Of a DNA stretch of 64,000 nucleotides, positions 27,520 to 39,530 are shown piece by piece. How positions within the stretch are numbered: position 1 is the stretch's first letter; each line of letters starts with the position of its first letter. Source of the DNA: Macrostomum hystrix (Eukaryota > Animalia > Platyhelminthes); assembly GCA_950097015.1 (NCBI GenBank), contig CATNEN010000038.1, positions 33,046,001 through 33,110,000 on the forward strand, given 5' to 3'. The position numbers and the translations under genes are program-made. Under the pieces are notes generated by a model that saw nothing but the letters and a program-made list of their open reading frames with translations, was not told the DNA's origin and made no database searches.

Positions 27520-28895
27520 AAGAATCTCACTCTCGGAGAATCTCACCCAGAATCTCACCAACGGATAATCTCACCCAGAATCTCACTATCGGAGAATCCC
27601 ACACAGAAATCTCACTAACGGAGAATCTCACCCAGAATCTCACTCTCTGAGAATCTCACCCAGAATCTCACCAACGGATAATCTCACCCAGAATCTCACT
27701 CTCGGAGAATCTCACCCAGAATCTCACTATCAGAGAATCTCACACAGAAATCTCACCAACGGAGAATCTCACCCAGAATCTCACTCTCGGAGAATCTCAA
27801 ACAGAAATCTCACCAACGGATAATCTCACCCAGAATCTAACTCTCGGATAATCTCACCCAGAATCTCACTCTCGAAGAATCTCACCCAGAATCTAACTCT
27901 CGGATAATCTCACCCAGAATCTCCCTCTCGGAGAATCTCACCCAGAATCTCACCAACGTAGAATCTCACCCAGAATCTCCTTATTGGAGAATCTCACACA
28001 GAAATCTCACCAACGGAGAATCTCAACCAGAATCTCAATACTAGAAAACCTCATACAAATCTCACCAACGTAGAATCTCACCCAGAATCTCCTTATTGGA
28101 GAATCTCACACAGAAATCTCACCAACGGAGAATCTCAACCAGAATCTCAATAGTAGAGAACCTCATACAAATTTCACCAACGGAGAATCTCACCCAGAAT
28201 CTAACTCTCGGATAATCTCACCCAGAATCTCACTATCGGAGAATCTCACACAGAAATCTCACCAACGGAGAATCTCAACCAGAATCTCACTCTCGGATAA
28301 TCTCACCCAGAATCTCACTCTCGAAGAATCTCACCCAGAATCTAACTCTCGGATAATCTCACCCAGAATCTCACCAACGGAGAATCTCACCCAGAATCTC
28401 AATACTAGAGAATCTCATACAAATCTCACTCTCGGATAATCTAATCCAGAATCTCAATGCTAGAGAATCTCATAAAAATCTCACCAACGGAGAATCTCAC
28501 CCAGAATCTCAATACTAGAGAATCTCATACAAATCTCACTCTCGGATAATCTAATCCAGAATCTCAATGCTAGAGAATCTCATAAAAATCTCACCAACGG
28601 AGAATCTCACCCAGAATCTCAATACTAGAGAATCTCATACAAATCTCACTCTCGGATAATCTAATCCAGAATCTCAATGCTAGAGAATCTCATAAAAATC
28701 TCACCAACGGAGAATCTCACCCAGAATCTCAATACTAGAGAATCTCATACAAATCTCACTCTCGGATAATCTCACCCAGAATCTCAATACTAGAGAATCT
28801 CATAAAAATCTCACCAACGGAGAATCTCACCCAGAATCTCAATACTAGAGAATCTCATACAAATCTCACTCTCGGATAATATAATCCAGAATCTC
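27520..28895. repeat. ~28-bp minisatellite with higher-order structure
   Basis: AGAATCTCACCCAGAATCTCACTCTCGG variants. Confidence 0.95.
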
Positions 28896-30194
28896 ATTCT
28901 CATGTTTCTGAGCGCTTAGTTTTCACATAAGATTATAAAATCTACTTAACTTCAAGCATAAAATGAAAATGTGAGCTGCTTGTTGAGTTTCCCAGCGCAT
29001 TCAATATCCTGTGCTCAGAGACACAATACAAAATTAGGAATTGATTCTAAAAAATCAGTAATTTCCTATTGTAATATCTTTGTCTTGCTTCAAACGTTTC
29101 GACTAATTCAATTTTACAATTCAATTTTACTATTAGAATTCAATTTTTTTGCGTTCATTAAAAAGAGAATTAACAAATTAAAAATCTACTTCTTTCTTTA
29201 AACAGTCTGCTAGAAATATTGTAAAAGCCTTAATAGAATAGAATAGAAATGGAATATAATAGAATATAATTTGATAGAATGGAATAGAAAAATGAGCAGC
29301 CATAGACTGCTCCGGTGTTAATCACTTTACAACATTGAAGCTTTGGAGGTGAGAGACGCAGTTACTCAGCTCAGATTAACTTGAACACTGCCGATAGTAC
29401 AAATAGCCTACAGGCATTATACAATTAGTCAGATTCGTCCCCTTGTTAGACAGACATGACAGACAGACATACAAGCACATGCGCTCGCATATATAGCATT
29501 GTAGTAATGCATTTTAACAAAAGAAGTCTGCCAAATTCAAGCAGCAGCCTGGATGACTGGCCAGGCGGAAGTTAGGGCACGTGCCCTGTACTTAAACCCC
29601 CCCCCAGCAACTGGGCGCATAACTGTCAGCGAGTGAGAAATTTTCTCCTATTAGAAGAAACCTCACAAGACTGATTGACTTGAAAAAAATTGGGCTCGCG
29701 TTGGAAAGGCCTGGAAGACAAGGAAATAGGACAGCGATCGTTCCAAAATATCCCAACTAAATTCCTCCATAACAGGACCCATGAGCTGTGGCAGGGATAG
29801 ATAGAAAAACAGTAGACTACACACTGATGCTCACATGAGCAGAAAGCACGCAGCAAATGTGTGCTCAAGCTTGGCCGGATATGACACTGTCATTGGCTGC
29901 TGCGGCAGAGCACAGCCTAGAATCTGAGCTCAAGAGCTGCTCACTGTATGCTAAGCCATTGCTAAGGCACGACAAACTGACGATGTTGAAGGAGCGTTTT
30001 CGAAAATAATTGCAAAAATTAGAAAGACAAAAAAGAAGCTGGTAATTATAGAGGTAGGATAATAAGTACAGCTTGAATGATAGGCATAATTAAACAAAAT
30101 CCTAGAACAAGGAACTCAATGTGCAAAGACGAGATTTCGATAAAAAATAAGAAATAAAAAAATAGATAGAAAGTAATTGAAATTCACAATGCGG

Positions 30195-30936
30195 AGAGTG
30201 ACGGTGGGGGAGAGTGACAGTTAGAAGAGAGTGACAGTGGGGGAGAGTGACAGTTAGCGGAGAGTGACAGTGGAGCAGAGTGACAGTTAGGGGAGAGTGA
30301 CAGTTAGAGGAGAGTGACAGTGGAGCAGAGTGACAGTTAGGGGAGAGTGACAGTTAGAGGAGAGTGACAGTGGGGGAGAGTGACAGTTAGCGGAGAGTGA
30401 CAGTGGAGCAGAGTGACAGTTAGGGGAGAGTGACAGTTAGAGGAGAGTGACAGTGGGGGAGAGTGACAGTGGGGGAGAGTGACAGTGGGGGAGAGTGACA
30501 GTTGGGGGCGAGTGACAGTTGTGGGGAGAGTGACAGTGCGAAGAGTGACAGTTAGAGGAGAGTGACAGTGGGGGAGAGTGACAATGGGGGAGAGTGACAG
30601 TTGGGGGAGAGTGACAGTTGGGGGCGAGTGACAGTTGTGGGGAGAGTGACAGTGCGAAGAGTGACAGTGCGAAGAGTGACAGTGCGAAGAGTGACAGTGG
30701 CGAGAGTGACAGTGCGAAGAGTGACAGTGCGAAGAGTGACAGTGCGAAGAGTGACAGTGCGAAGAGTGACAGTGCGAAGAGTGACAGTGCGAAGAGTGAC
30801 AGTGCGAAGAGTGACAGTGCGAAGAGTGACAGTGCGAAGAGTGACAGTGCGGACAGTTACGGTGGGGGAGAGGGCAGTAGGGAGAGTGACTGTGCGGTGA
30901 GTGACAGTGGCGAGAGTGACAGTGGCGAGAGTGACA
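30195..30936. repeat. 15-18-bp minisatellite
   Basis: GAGTGACAGT core. Confidence 0.95.
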
Positions 30937-31543
30937 GCGGTGGAATTCTATCAGGAAAGGTGCATTCAAGTGACGTCAACATTCCAGCAAAGCAAAGCGA
31001 GCAGTGCAGAATGAATGCATCGGCAACAAGTCCTCGCAACTTGAGCTGCTAAAGGTGCGACCAAAGCTGCTATAACCGAATTATAATAGTTGAAAAGGTC
31101 TTATTGAGATTTCTGGCTAACCTTCCCGCTAAGCAGACAGGCAAAGTGACGGCAGGTGATTTCAAATTAGTCCTCCTATACTCTGCAAACAGTGATAGAA
31201 AGGCAGGTACACTCACCCAATCAGCAGTACAAGCAGGTCTATTTATTCTTCTGGTTATAACGAAGCACTGCAGCGTGTTCAGGGGGGAACTATAACGCGA
31301 TGGTCCTTCCTTGTAAGCGGAAGCTGGTGAGGCTGGCAAAGGTGGCAAACTCTGTGACGCTTGTTTGCTTTAGAAACGGCTTTAGAAACGGCCCGCAAAT
31401 CAAATACAGGACTGATCTAGGATTTGTTATGTAAGTTCGCTCTGATTGGTTTGCAGAGAGAAGCATATAGGCTGGGATTTAAATTGGCCTGGCTATATGC
31501 GTACAATTCTCACGTATAGTAGAATTCTCTGCATAGATTCTCG

Positions 31544-32658
31544 TGATCTCCCTACACCATTCACCACCGCAGATCTCACAGCTGATCTCCCTAAACCATT
31601 CACCCACCGCAGATCTCACAGCTGATCTCCCTAAACCATTCACCCACCGCAGATCTCACAGCTGACCTCCCTAAACCATTCACCCACCGCAGATCTCACA
31701 GCTGATCTCCCTAAACCATTCACCCACCGCAGATCTCACAGCTGATCTCCCTAAACCATTCACCCACCGCAGATCTCACAGCTGATCTCCCTAAACCATT
31801 CACCCACCGCAGATCTCACAGCTGACCTCCCTAAACCATTCACCCACCGCAGATCTCACAGCTGATCTCCCTACACCATTCACCCACCGCAGATCTCACA
31901 GCTGATCTCCCTACACCATTCACCCACCACAGATCTCACAGCTGATCTGCCTACACCATTCACCCACCGCAGATCTCACAGCTGATCTGCCTACACCATT
32001 CACCCACCGCAGATCTCACAGCTGACCTCCCTAAACCATTCACCCACCGCAGATCTCACAGCTGATCTCCCTAAACCATTCACCCACCGCAGATCTCACA
32101 GCTGATCTCCCTAAACCATTCACTCACCGCAGATCTCACAGCTGATCTCCCTAAACCATTCACCCACCGCAGATCTCACAGCTGATCTCCCTACACCATT
32201 CACCCACCGCAGATCTCACAGCTGATCTCCCTAAACCATTCACCCACCGCAGATCTCACAGCTGATCTCCCTAAACCATTCACCCACCGCAGATCTCACA
32301 GCTGATCTCCCTAAACCATTCACCCACCGCAGATCTCACAGCTGATCTCCCTAAACCATTCACCCACCGCAGATCTCACAGCTGATCTCCCTAAACCATT
32401 CACCCACCGCAGATCTCACAGCTGATCTCCCTAAACCATTCACCCACCGCAGATCTCACAGCTGATCTCCCTACACCATTCACCCACCGCAGATCTCACA
32501 GCTGATCTCCCTACACCATTCACCCACCGCAGATCTCACAGCTGATCTGCCTACACCATTCACCCACCGCAGATCTCACAGCTGATCTCCCTAAACCATT
32601 CACCCACCGCAGATCTCACAGCTGATCTCCCTACACCATTCACCCACCGCAGATCTCA
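31544..32658. repeat. 40-bp minisatellite
   Basis: CTGATCTCCCTAAACCATTCACCCACCGCAGATCTCACAG, near-identical copies with no spacers. Confidence 0.95.
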
Positions 32659-33254
32659 CCAGATCTCCATGAGTATATCAAGTATTCGTAGGCCTGATGT
32701 CAATTATAGCTAGAAATGAATTACCCATCAAACCATTTAATTAGGAAATGATGATTTGCACTGCGAAGTCAGATTACTTTTTTCTAAGCGTAAAAAGGCC
32801 TCAAGCTTAGCTTATTCAAGCATGATTGAAAGCAAGTTTTCTGTAAGACATTGCTGCTATTTTTGTTCTGGTCTTTGAAATCAGCAGTCTTTTTGCCGCG
32901 TTACCGAGGTTGAAGATTTGGGGCGAACAGGCGAGCGAAGCGCACTCACCTACCTTCTAATCAACTGCTCAAAGATAGGCAGAATTTTCTGGAGAATAAA
33001 TCCACTTTTTTCGAATATATCATGGCTTTCAGATCTTTATTGCTTGGTTTAAAATATCAAATTTCGACTTCTATCTTCTGTCTCAAGCAGAAACTGGGGA
33101 TGTTACAGTTTTTCTTTGCTTTTTTGGAAAGATATTATAATATTTTAATTGTGCTACTGTGCGTTTAGTGTTGCGTGTCTTCTGTGCATTTTATTTGGTG
33201 CCAAATTTGAGTTTTCTAGAAACTGAATGAATTTGAAGTCTTGAAGCATCACAG

Positions 33255-33871
33255 TGATAAACATTTGATAAACAGCTGATAACACTGATAAACATTTGAT
33301 CACACTGATAAACATTTGATAAACAGCTGATCACACTGATAAACATTTGATCACACTGATAAACATTTGATAAACAGCTGATCACACTGATAAACATTTG
33401 ATCACACTGATAAACATTTGATAAACAGCTGATCACACTGATAAACATTTGATAAACAGCTGATCACACTGACAAACATTGGATAAACAGCTGATCACAC
33501 TGATAAACATTTGATCACACTAATAAACATTGGATAAACAGCTGATCACACTGATAAACATTGGATAAACAGCTGATCACACTGATAAACATTTGATAAA
33601 CAGCTGACCACACTGACAAACATTGGATAAACAGCTGATCACACTGATAAACATTTGATCACACTAATAAACATTGGATAAACAGCTGATCACACTGATA
33701 AACATTGGATAAACAGCTGATCACACTGATAAACATTTGATAAACAGCTGATCACACTGATAAACATTTGATCACACTGATAAACATTGGATAAACAGCT
33801 TATGACGCTGATAAACATTGGATAAACAGCTGATCACACTGATAACCATTTGATAAACAGCTGATCACACT
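33255..33871. repeat. 20/31-bp composite minisatellite
   Basis: TGATCACACTGATAAACATTTGATAAACAGC. Confidence 0.95.
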
Positions 33872-34424
33872 GTTTTGCTCTGCCACTGTGGACCAAGTGA
33901 AATCTTCACCAATGTCAGCAGAGCGCAAAAAGCCGTTAGGCGCCTGAGGATTTCCCATTAACGCCCGCAAAGCATGCGTATTACCATAGACATTTTCGCC
34001 TCAGTAAGCCATTTTCCGGGCGGTTAATGGCTATTAACTGCCCGCAAGAAAATTTCCGAGCATTATATGAATCCTTCAGGCTTTAGACAGCGTGAAGGAT
34101 TATTATTCCAGCCGAGAAACGTTATTCCTCGGCCCGCGACGCAAACTGCATTGGTTTGAACGGAAACGAAGAACAAGTCACGTTTCTTGGCCCGCTAGAA
34201 AATGATATTCTATGGAAGAAAAGCCTTCTGCTCCCTTGACGGTTTGTGGGCGCAGAGCCCCCACTATTAACCATAGACAAATTTCTAGAATACAGTTCCA
34301 GAAAAGCCTTTGAGTTCGATAGAGAATCATCTCTCTTGTCAGATAGAACAGCCAGACAGAAATATCGTTTTCATTCCAGCTTACGTGTCACTCCAGTTCA
34401 TTCTAGTTATAGAACGCATACACA

Positions 34425-35543
34425 TGATAGGCTACTCCTGTATAGAGGGAGGAGAGATTAACGGTCTGGAGCGCGAGGAGATAGACTTTGTGTGTCAACT
34501 GCGTGGCCGTGGACGATTGTTTAACCAATACACCGGCCTGCCTGTACCTGGAATTGGACACAGTCGTGCGTTGGACAACGGCGTTTTGGACGCCCTTGTA
34601 TCCGATTTGGCCGCCGAAGCGAACAGTGATAATCAACTCAGGGAGTTATCGCCTGAAGAAGTGGGTGCGATTTTAGACGTGGAGACGGCCTCTCGCGTAG
34701 CCTCTACAGATGCCAAAACAAGACAGTGTGTGGAGAAATTTAAGACATTTTTGCGCAAGGAGAATCTTTCTGATTGTATTGACAGCATGCCTCTAAGGTA
34801 TCTTGTTGAGTACATGCGCTTATGGTTTGCATCCCTACAAAGGGCAGACGGAGATGCCTACAGCGTCAGCACGTTGGCAGGCTTTCGTGCCAGCCTCCAT
34901 CGTCACCTTAAAGAGGTGAGGGATTTGGAAGTGATTGGCAATGTAGCCTTTCAGAAGTTTGACAACACCTACAAAGCTACTCTAGCCGCATCCGTGAAAC
35001 GGAACAGACACGTTGGAGAGCAGAGCGGCTTTCAAGCCATCACCGACGACCAACGACGACGACGACGCTGCCAACCCATGTACGGGAAAGCAGATTAAGA
35101 TGTATGCCACCAATAACCCATCAACGTGTCCTGTTGCCGCGGTGCGCCTTTATTTAACCTTGCTGCCTCCTGGTGTGAGTGATTTGTTTCCAAGGCCGTT
35201 GGCGAAATTCTCTACGGAACAGTGGTACAGCGCAACTCAAGTTCTCGGTAAGAACACCCTGAACGACATGATGGTTCGGATCTCTACAAGGGCGAATCTA
35301 TCACGCAAGTACACAAATCATTGCATTCGTGCTACTGTCGTCACTACATTATCAAACAAAGGCATTGCAGTCGGCGACATCCAATGTGTTACTGGTCACA
35401 AAAGAGCAGAGTCAATCCAGAGGTACACAAAACGGATCTCGCCAACAAAGAAACGGCAACTGTCAGACGCTCTGACCATTGCTTCGCCATCATACTCCAG
35501 CAGCGTACTAGTGACATTCATGGAGTTCTGCCGACTGCTGTAG
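34425..35543 (+). pseudogene. Crypton/DUF3504-like tyrosine recombinase, internally deleted and frameshifted near 35050
   Basis: N-part ...TRQCVEKFKTFL...WFASLQRADGDAYSVSTLAGFRASLHRHL; C-part MYAT..CPVAAVRLYL..LF.RP...WYS..VLGKNTL..MM...KYTNHCIRAT...VTGHKRAESIQRY (HxxR, H, Y catalytic residues). The segment with the first catalytic Arg is missing; the start is uncertain. Confidence 0.85.
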
Positions 35544-35601
35544 CTGTACTAGAAAAGAATGGTAGTCGCCTGTTATTCTTCCTGTGAGTGTCTCTTAGCC
35601 A

Positions 35602-35734
35602 CACCCATAGTCCAAGTAGTCATAGACAGACTGTGTTAAATGTAATTTCTCTGTCCGAACCGGCAAGAGATCAGAGACACTCACAGGAAGAATAACAGGC
35701 GACTACAAATCTATGACTACTTGGACTATGGGTG
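35602..35734. mobile_element. MITE-like element with perfect 25-bp terminal inverted repeats
   Basis: CACCCATAGTCCAAGTAGTCATAGA (35602-35626) and its exact reverse complement (35710-35734). Confidence 0.7.
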
Positions 35735-35953
35735 GTGCTAATTGTGTGTTGTTTCATCTCACCTGTTTGTTATTATTGTTACTGCTCCTGTCATTACTGT
35801 TGTACTTTTATGCGCTACCGTACTCTATTAAATATAATTGTTTTTGCTTTCATTCTATGTCCATGGCCCAGCCCGACAGCGGGCATAGGATGGGCCGTTC
35901 CTAAAGCAGTCCTGCCCGCAAAATCAAGCAGGAATTATTCATCTATGGCCATT

Positions 35954-36424
35954 AACGGGCAAGACTTTCTGCCCGCCGGGCAAAAAGGTCATGGTACAAT
36001 GGTATATTGACGGGCAAGACTTTCTGCCCGCCGGGCAAAAAGGTCATGGTACAATGGTATATTGACGGGCAAGACTTTCTGCCCGCCGGGCAAAAAGGTC
36101 ATGGTACAATGGTATATTGACGGGCAAGACTTTCTGCCCGCCGGGCAAAAAGGTCATGGTACAATGGTATATTGACGGGCAAGACTTTCTGCCCGCCGGG
36201 CAAAAAGGTCATGGTACAATGGTATATTGACGGGCAAGACTTTCTGCCCGCCGGGCAAAAAGGTCATGGTACAATGGTATATTGACGGGCAAGACTTTCT
36301 GCCCGCCGGGCAAAAAGGTCATGGTACAATGGTATATTGACGGGCAAGACTTTCTGCCCGCCGGGCAAAAAGGTCATGGTACAATGGTATATTGACGGGC
36401 AAGACTTTCTGCCCGCCGGGCAAA
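35954..36424. repeat. 55-bp tandem array (~8.5 essentially identical copies) inside the Crypton-like element
   Basis: GACGGGCAAGACTTTCTGCCCGCCGGGCAAAAAGGTCATGGTACAATGGTATATT; each unit has a CGGGCA..TGCCCG inverted repeat. Confidence 0.95.
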
Positions 36425-37769
36425 GAAGTCAAGGTACAATTATCATTCAAGTTCTCCAGCTAATTATTCAAGTTCAACACGCCATATTGCGGGGGGTATT
36501 TGTCTATGGAAAAAAAGTGGTAACGAGCGAGCAAAAAATCATAAGTTTCTTGCTTGTTTTTCTGCTTCAGTATCTTTGACGTCTGAACTAATAAATACAT
36601 CGAGCCCAGGCTGCAGTAGTGACAGAACAGTGACTTCTGTCTATCTCTGCGCCTAAATAATCAGTATGTAATCTCTCTGCCATTTAGATTAGCTTGCCAA
36701 TTCAAAAGCCTTTGAAGCGTATTGCATTTTAGATTAGCGCATTCAATACATGGACAGCATGAGAGCCCTTCTGTGTAGCCAGTTCATTAGCAAGTCGTAT
36801 ATAAATGCGTTTTGTGTGTATATTGCGCGCCTAATTACCGATTCTCTATTGCAAGATGTCTTTCAATTTTTGCTAAACTGTGCCGTACTGTTACACGGCT
36901 AATGTAGTCATAGATTTTTGGTAGTAAAGTTGCTGTAAAGGTATAAACTTCTTATTTTAACATTTTACTGGATTGGTAAGTATTAATTGCTTCATGTTTG
37001 ATTTTTAGCTCAATGGAATTCTATTGAATCGCTTCGAATTGTTAGCTCAATGATTTCGATATAAGAATAGAAAATACTGAACGCTGACAAACCAAATTAT
37101 TTTTCAGAAGCAAAAATCTATTTTATAGGCGGCAAAAATATACATTTTTCATACGGTATAAGTTCAGAAAGTATTTTCGTATGAACAGCGATTAAAACTA
37201 ATGTATGATACTATAACATTGGCAAAAACATTATTGCGCCTTAAAATATTTTGACAAAAATGTGCGGATTTCAACTACCAACACTGCCACAGTAGCAAGC
37301 AAAAGGACAAACATCGAAGATGGTAAGAATAATGGATTGGCGAAGAGCTGAAGTCAGACTGGAAGTCTGAAATTATTTTACCAATTATCCAGCCGATATT
37401 CTAATTAAAAATGACTTCAGAGCAATCCAACTTAATTAACATATCGCCGGGAGGCTAAATCTAAAATTAAGATTGAGAATTGGCGTGTGGGACACTTGGA
37501 AACTAGGAAAGTGTCATTGTGAGGTAACTGCTCAATGCTAATTCTAATTTCATAACTGTTTTAGGTCGCATTTAATTGAATTCCTAATGACTTCGACTTG
37601 ACGGCTATAGTTTAAGCAAAATATTTTCTATGCGCTACGGAATCAACGCGTACATCACAGCACTGAAGATTGCTGTTTTGAAAAATCATTGCTTCTGATT
37701 TCACATTGCATGAAAGTCAATATGAAGTCGAGTGAATTACGGTTTCTTGTCTGTGAAGTTTAGGAAGTT

Positions 37770-38200
37770 CAAAGTTTGTAAAGTTTATAGTTTGTGAAGC
37801 TTAGAGTTTGTGAAGCTTTGAGCTCGTGAAGTTTAGAGCTTGTGAAGCTTAGAGCTTGCGAAGTTTAGATTTTGTGAAGTTTAGAGCTCGTGAAGTTTAG
37901 AGCTTGTGAAGTTTAGAGTTTGTGAAGTTTAGAGCTTGTGAAGCTTAGAGCTTGTGAAGCATAGAGCTTGTGAAGTTTAGAGCTTGTGAAGTTTAGAGCT
38001 TGTGAAGTTTAGAGTTTGTGAAGTTTAGAGTTTGTGAAGTTTAGAGCTTGCGAAGTTTAGATTTTGTGAAGTTTAGAGCTCGTGAAGTTTAGAGCTTGTG
38101 AAGTTTAGAGTTTGTGAAGTTTAGAGCTTGTGAAGCTTAGAGCTTGTGAAGCATAGAGCTTGTGAAGTTTAGAGCTTGTGAAGTTTAGAGCTTGTGAAGT
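37770..38200. repeat. 16-bp minisatellite flanked by a ~45-bp direct repeat (~37496 and ~38201)
   Basis: TGTGAAGTTTAGAGCT units; TTGGAAACT(A/T)GGAAAGTGTCATTGTGAGGTAACTGCTCAATGCTAA occurs twice. Confidence 0.9.
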
Positions 38201-39344
38201 TTGGAAACTTGGAAAGTGTCATTGTGAGGTAACTGCTCAATGCTAAGTTGTGAAGTTTAGAGATTGCGAAGCTTAGAGCTTTTGAAGATCCAAACTGAAA
38301 AAAACTAGAACATCCCATAGATTCCAAACATAGAATCTTCCAAACACCATGGAATCAACATGGAAGCAACATAGAATCTTTATAACATTGAACATTTCAA
38401 ACATGGAATATTTTCAAATACAAATCTTGTTTAAATCCGAATCTTGCCTCCGATTTACAAATCGAAACATAAAAACGGGACAGTAAAAAGGGTAAAATAT
38501 ATCTATGTTCAATCGCGTTCATTACTATCATAAGTAGAGTATCACGCATTCATGTGACTTGGCTCTTAAAATATTAAATTTTTATCTATTCGGTCCTTCC
38601 ATTATATCTTACCTCTTTTTGTATCATTTCCTAATTCTCACGTCACTTGTTTTGTGCCATCAGCAACGAGTGTGTATTGGCTGCTGTATGGCGTCTGGTC
38701 TCTATAACTATAATATACTTTTTTATAGACTTCTTCCAAATCTAAACAGCACGCTGACATTCGACTACTGGCCTTGCACCACTGGCATTTAGACAAGGTC
38801 TGGCATTAGAACGTATCTAAACGCGCCCAACCCACAGGCAGGTCATTGCGTGAACAGAATACTTTTTCTGGTAAGTTATCACCCACGAGAAGCCGAAGCC
38901 TCCTAAGCTGAAAGTCCACCGGATGCCAGGCCTCCCGACTAGGTTATCGCTCTTGATGCCAAGAGAAGCCATTGTGATGAGCCAGGCACCATCACCACAC
39001 CGCCACCGGCCCTCACAACTCAGCAGGTACAAGCTGTCCCACCGGAGGGTGGTGATTTGCCAGAACTCTGCCAGTTAGCTGGTTTGCCAGTTAGCTGCTA
39101 CTAAAGGGGATCATAGGTTACCTGCTAAATGTGTCATTAGTTCTTTGCTAAACGGATTTCATTTATTAGTTCTTTGCTAAAGGGAAGGGGATCCCTACTT
39201 AGGGATATTCCTTACCTGCTGAGGGACTTTAGTCGACATTCTTGCGTAGTAACTTGTATAAATCCTTCTCAACTGTCCCTGGCGTACTAATTTTTAGTGC
39301 TTCTTATTTTTAATTTAATTCTGAAAATGTGTTATTGGATATGT

Positions 39345-39530
39345 GTCTCTGGCAACAGCTTGATGGTTTTACCTGCCTAATCAACAGTTCCTACTGCCGC
39401 ATAACTGCTTTTTAGTGCAATTTGTCATATTTTCTGAATTAAAAAGATAATCTTTCATAGCGCAATGGTAGCTACAATAACATTCTACAATCCCTTCTCT
39501 GCAAAAAGGGCCTGAGATGAATGTACTCTT
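39345..39530 (+). repeat. Diverged copy of sequence found downstream of the Helitron RepHel gene
   Basis: Similar to 58611-58780 and 59370-59450 (TTGATGGTTTTACCTGC.TAATC.ACAGTTCCTACTGCC.CATAACTGCTTTT...). Confidence 0.7.

Larger units (their letters stand above)
33954..36509 (+). mobile_element. Crypton-type (tyrosine recombinase) DNA transposon remnant; ends approximate
   Basis: YR pseudogene bracketed by inverted CCATAGACAAAT (34271-34282) / ATTTGTCTATGG (36498-36509), and by repeated GCCCG/ATTAAC motifs at both ends. Confidence 0.65.

Noticed and set aside
31544-32658. 40-bp repeats as a CRISPR array
   Set aside because: Head-to-tail units with no unique spacers, no cas genes, eukaryotic context; the same applies to the 55-bp array at 35954
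2774-33448. Long ORFs in repeats (e.g. 2774-3688, 8223-9209, 12042-13000, 14451-15833, 25644-27017, 30337-31052)
   Set aside because: Translations of minisatellites, open in several frames or on both strands, with no domain or splice support
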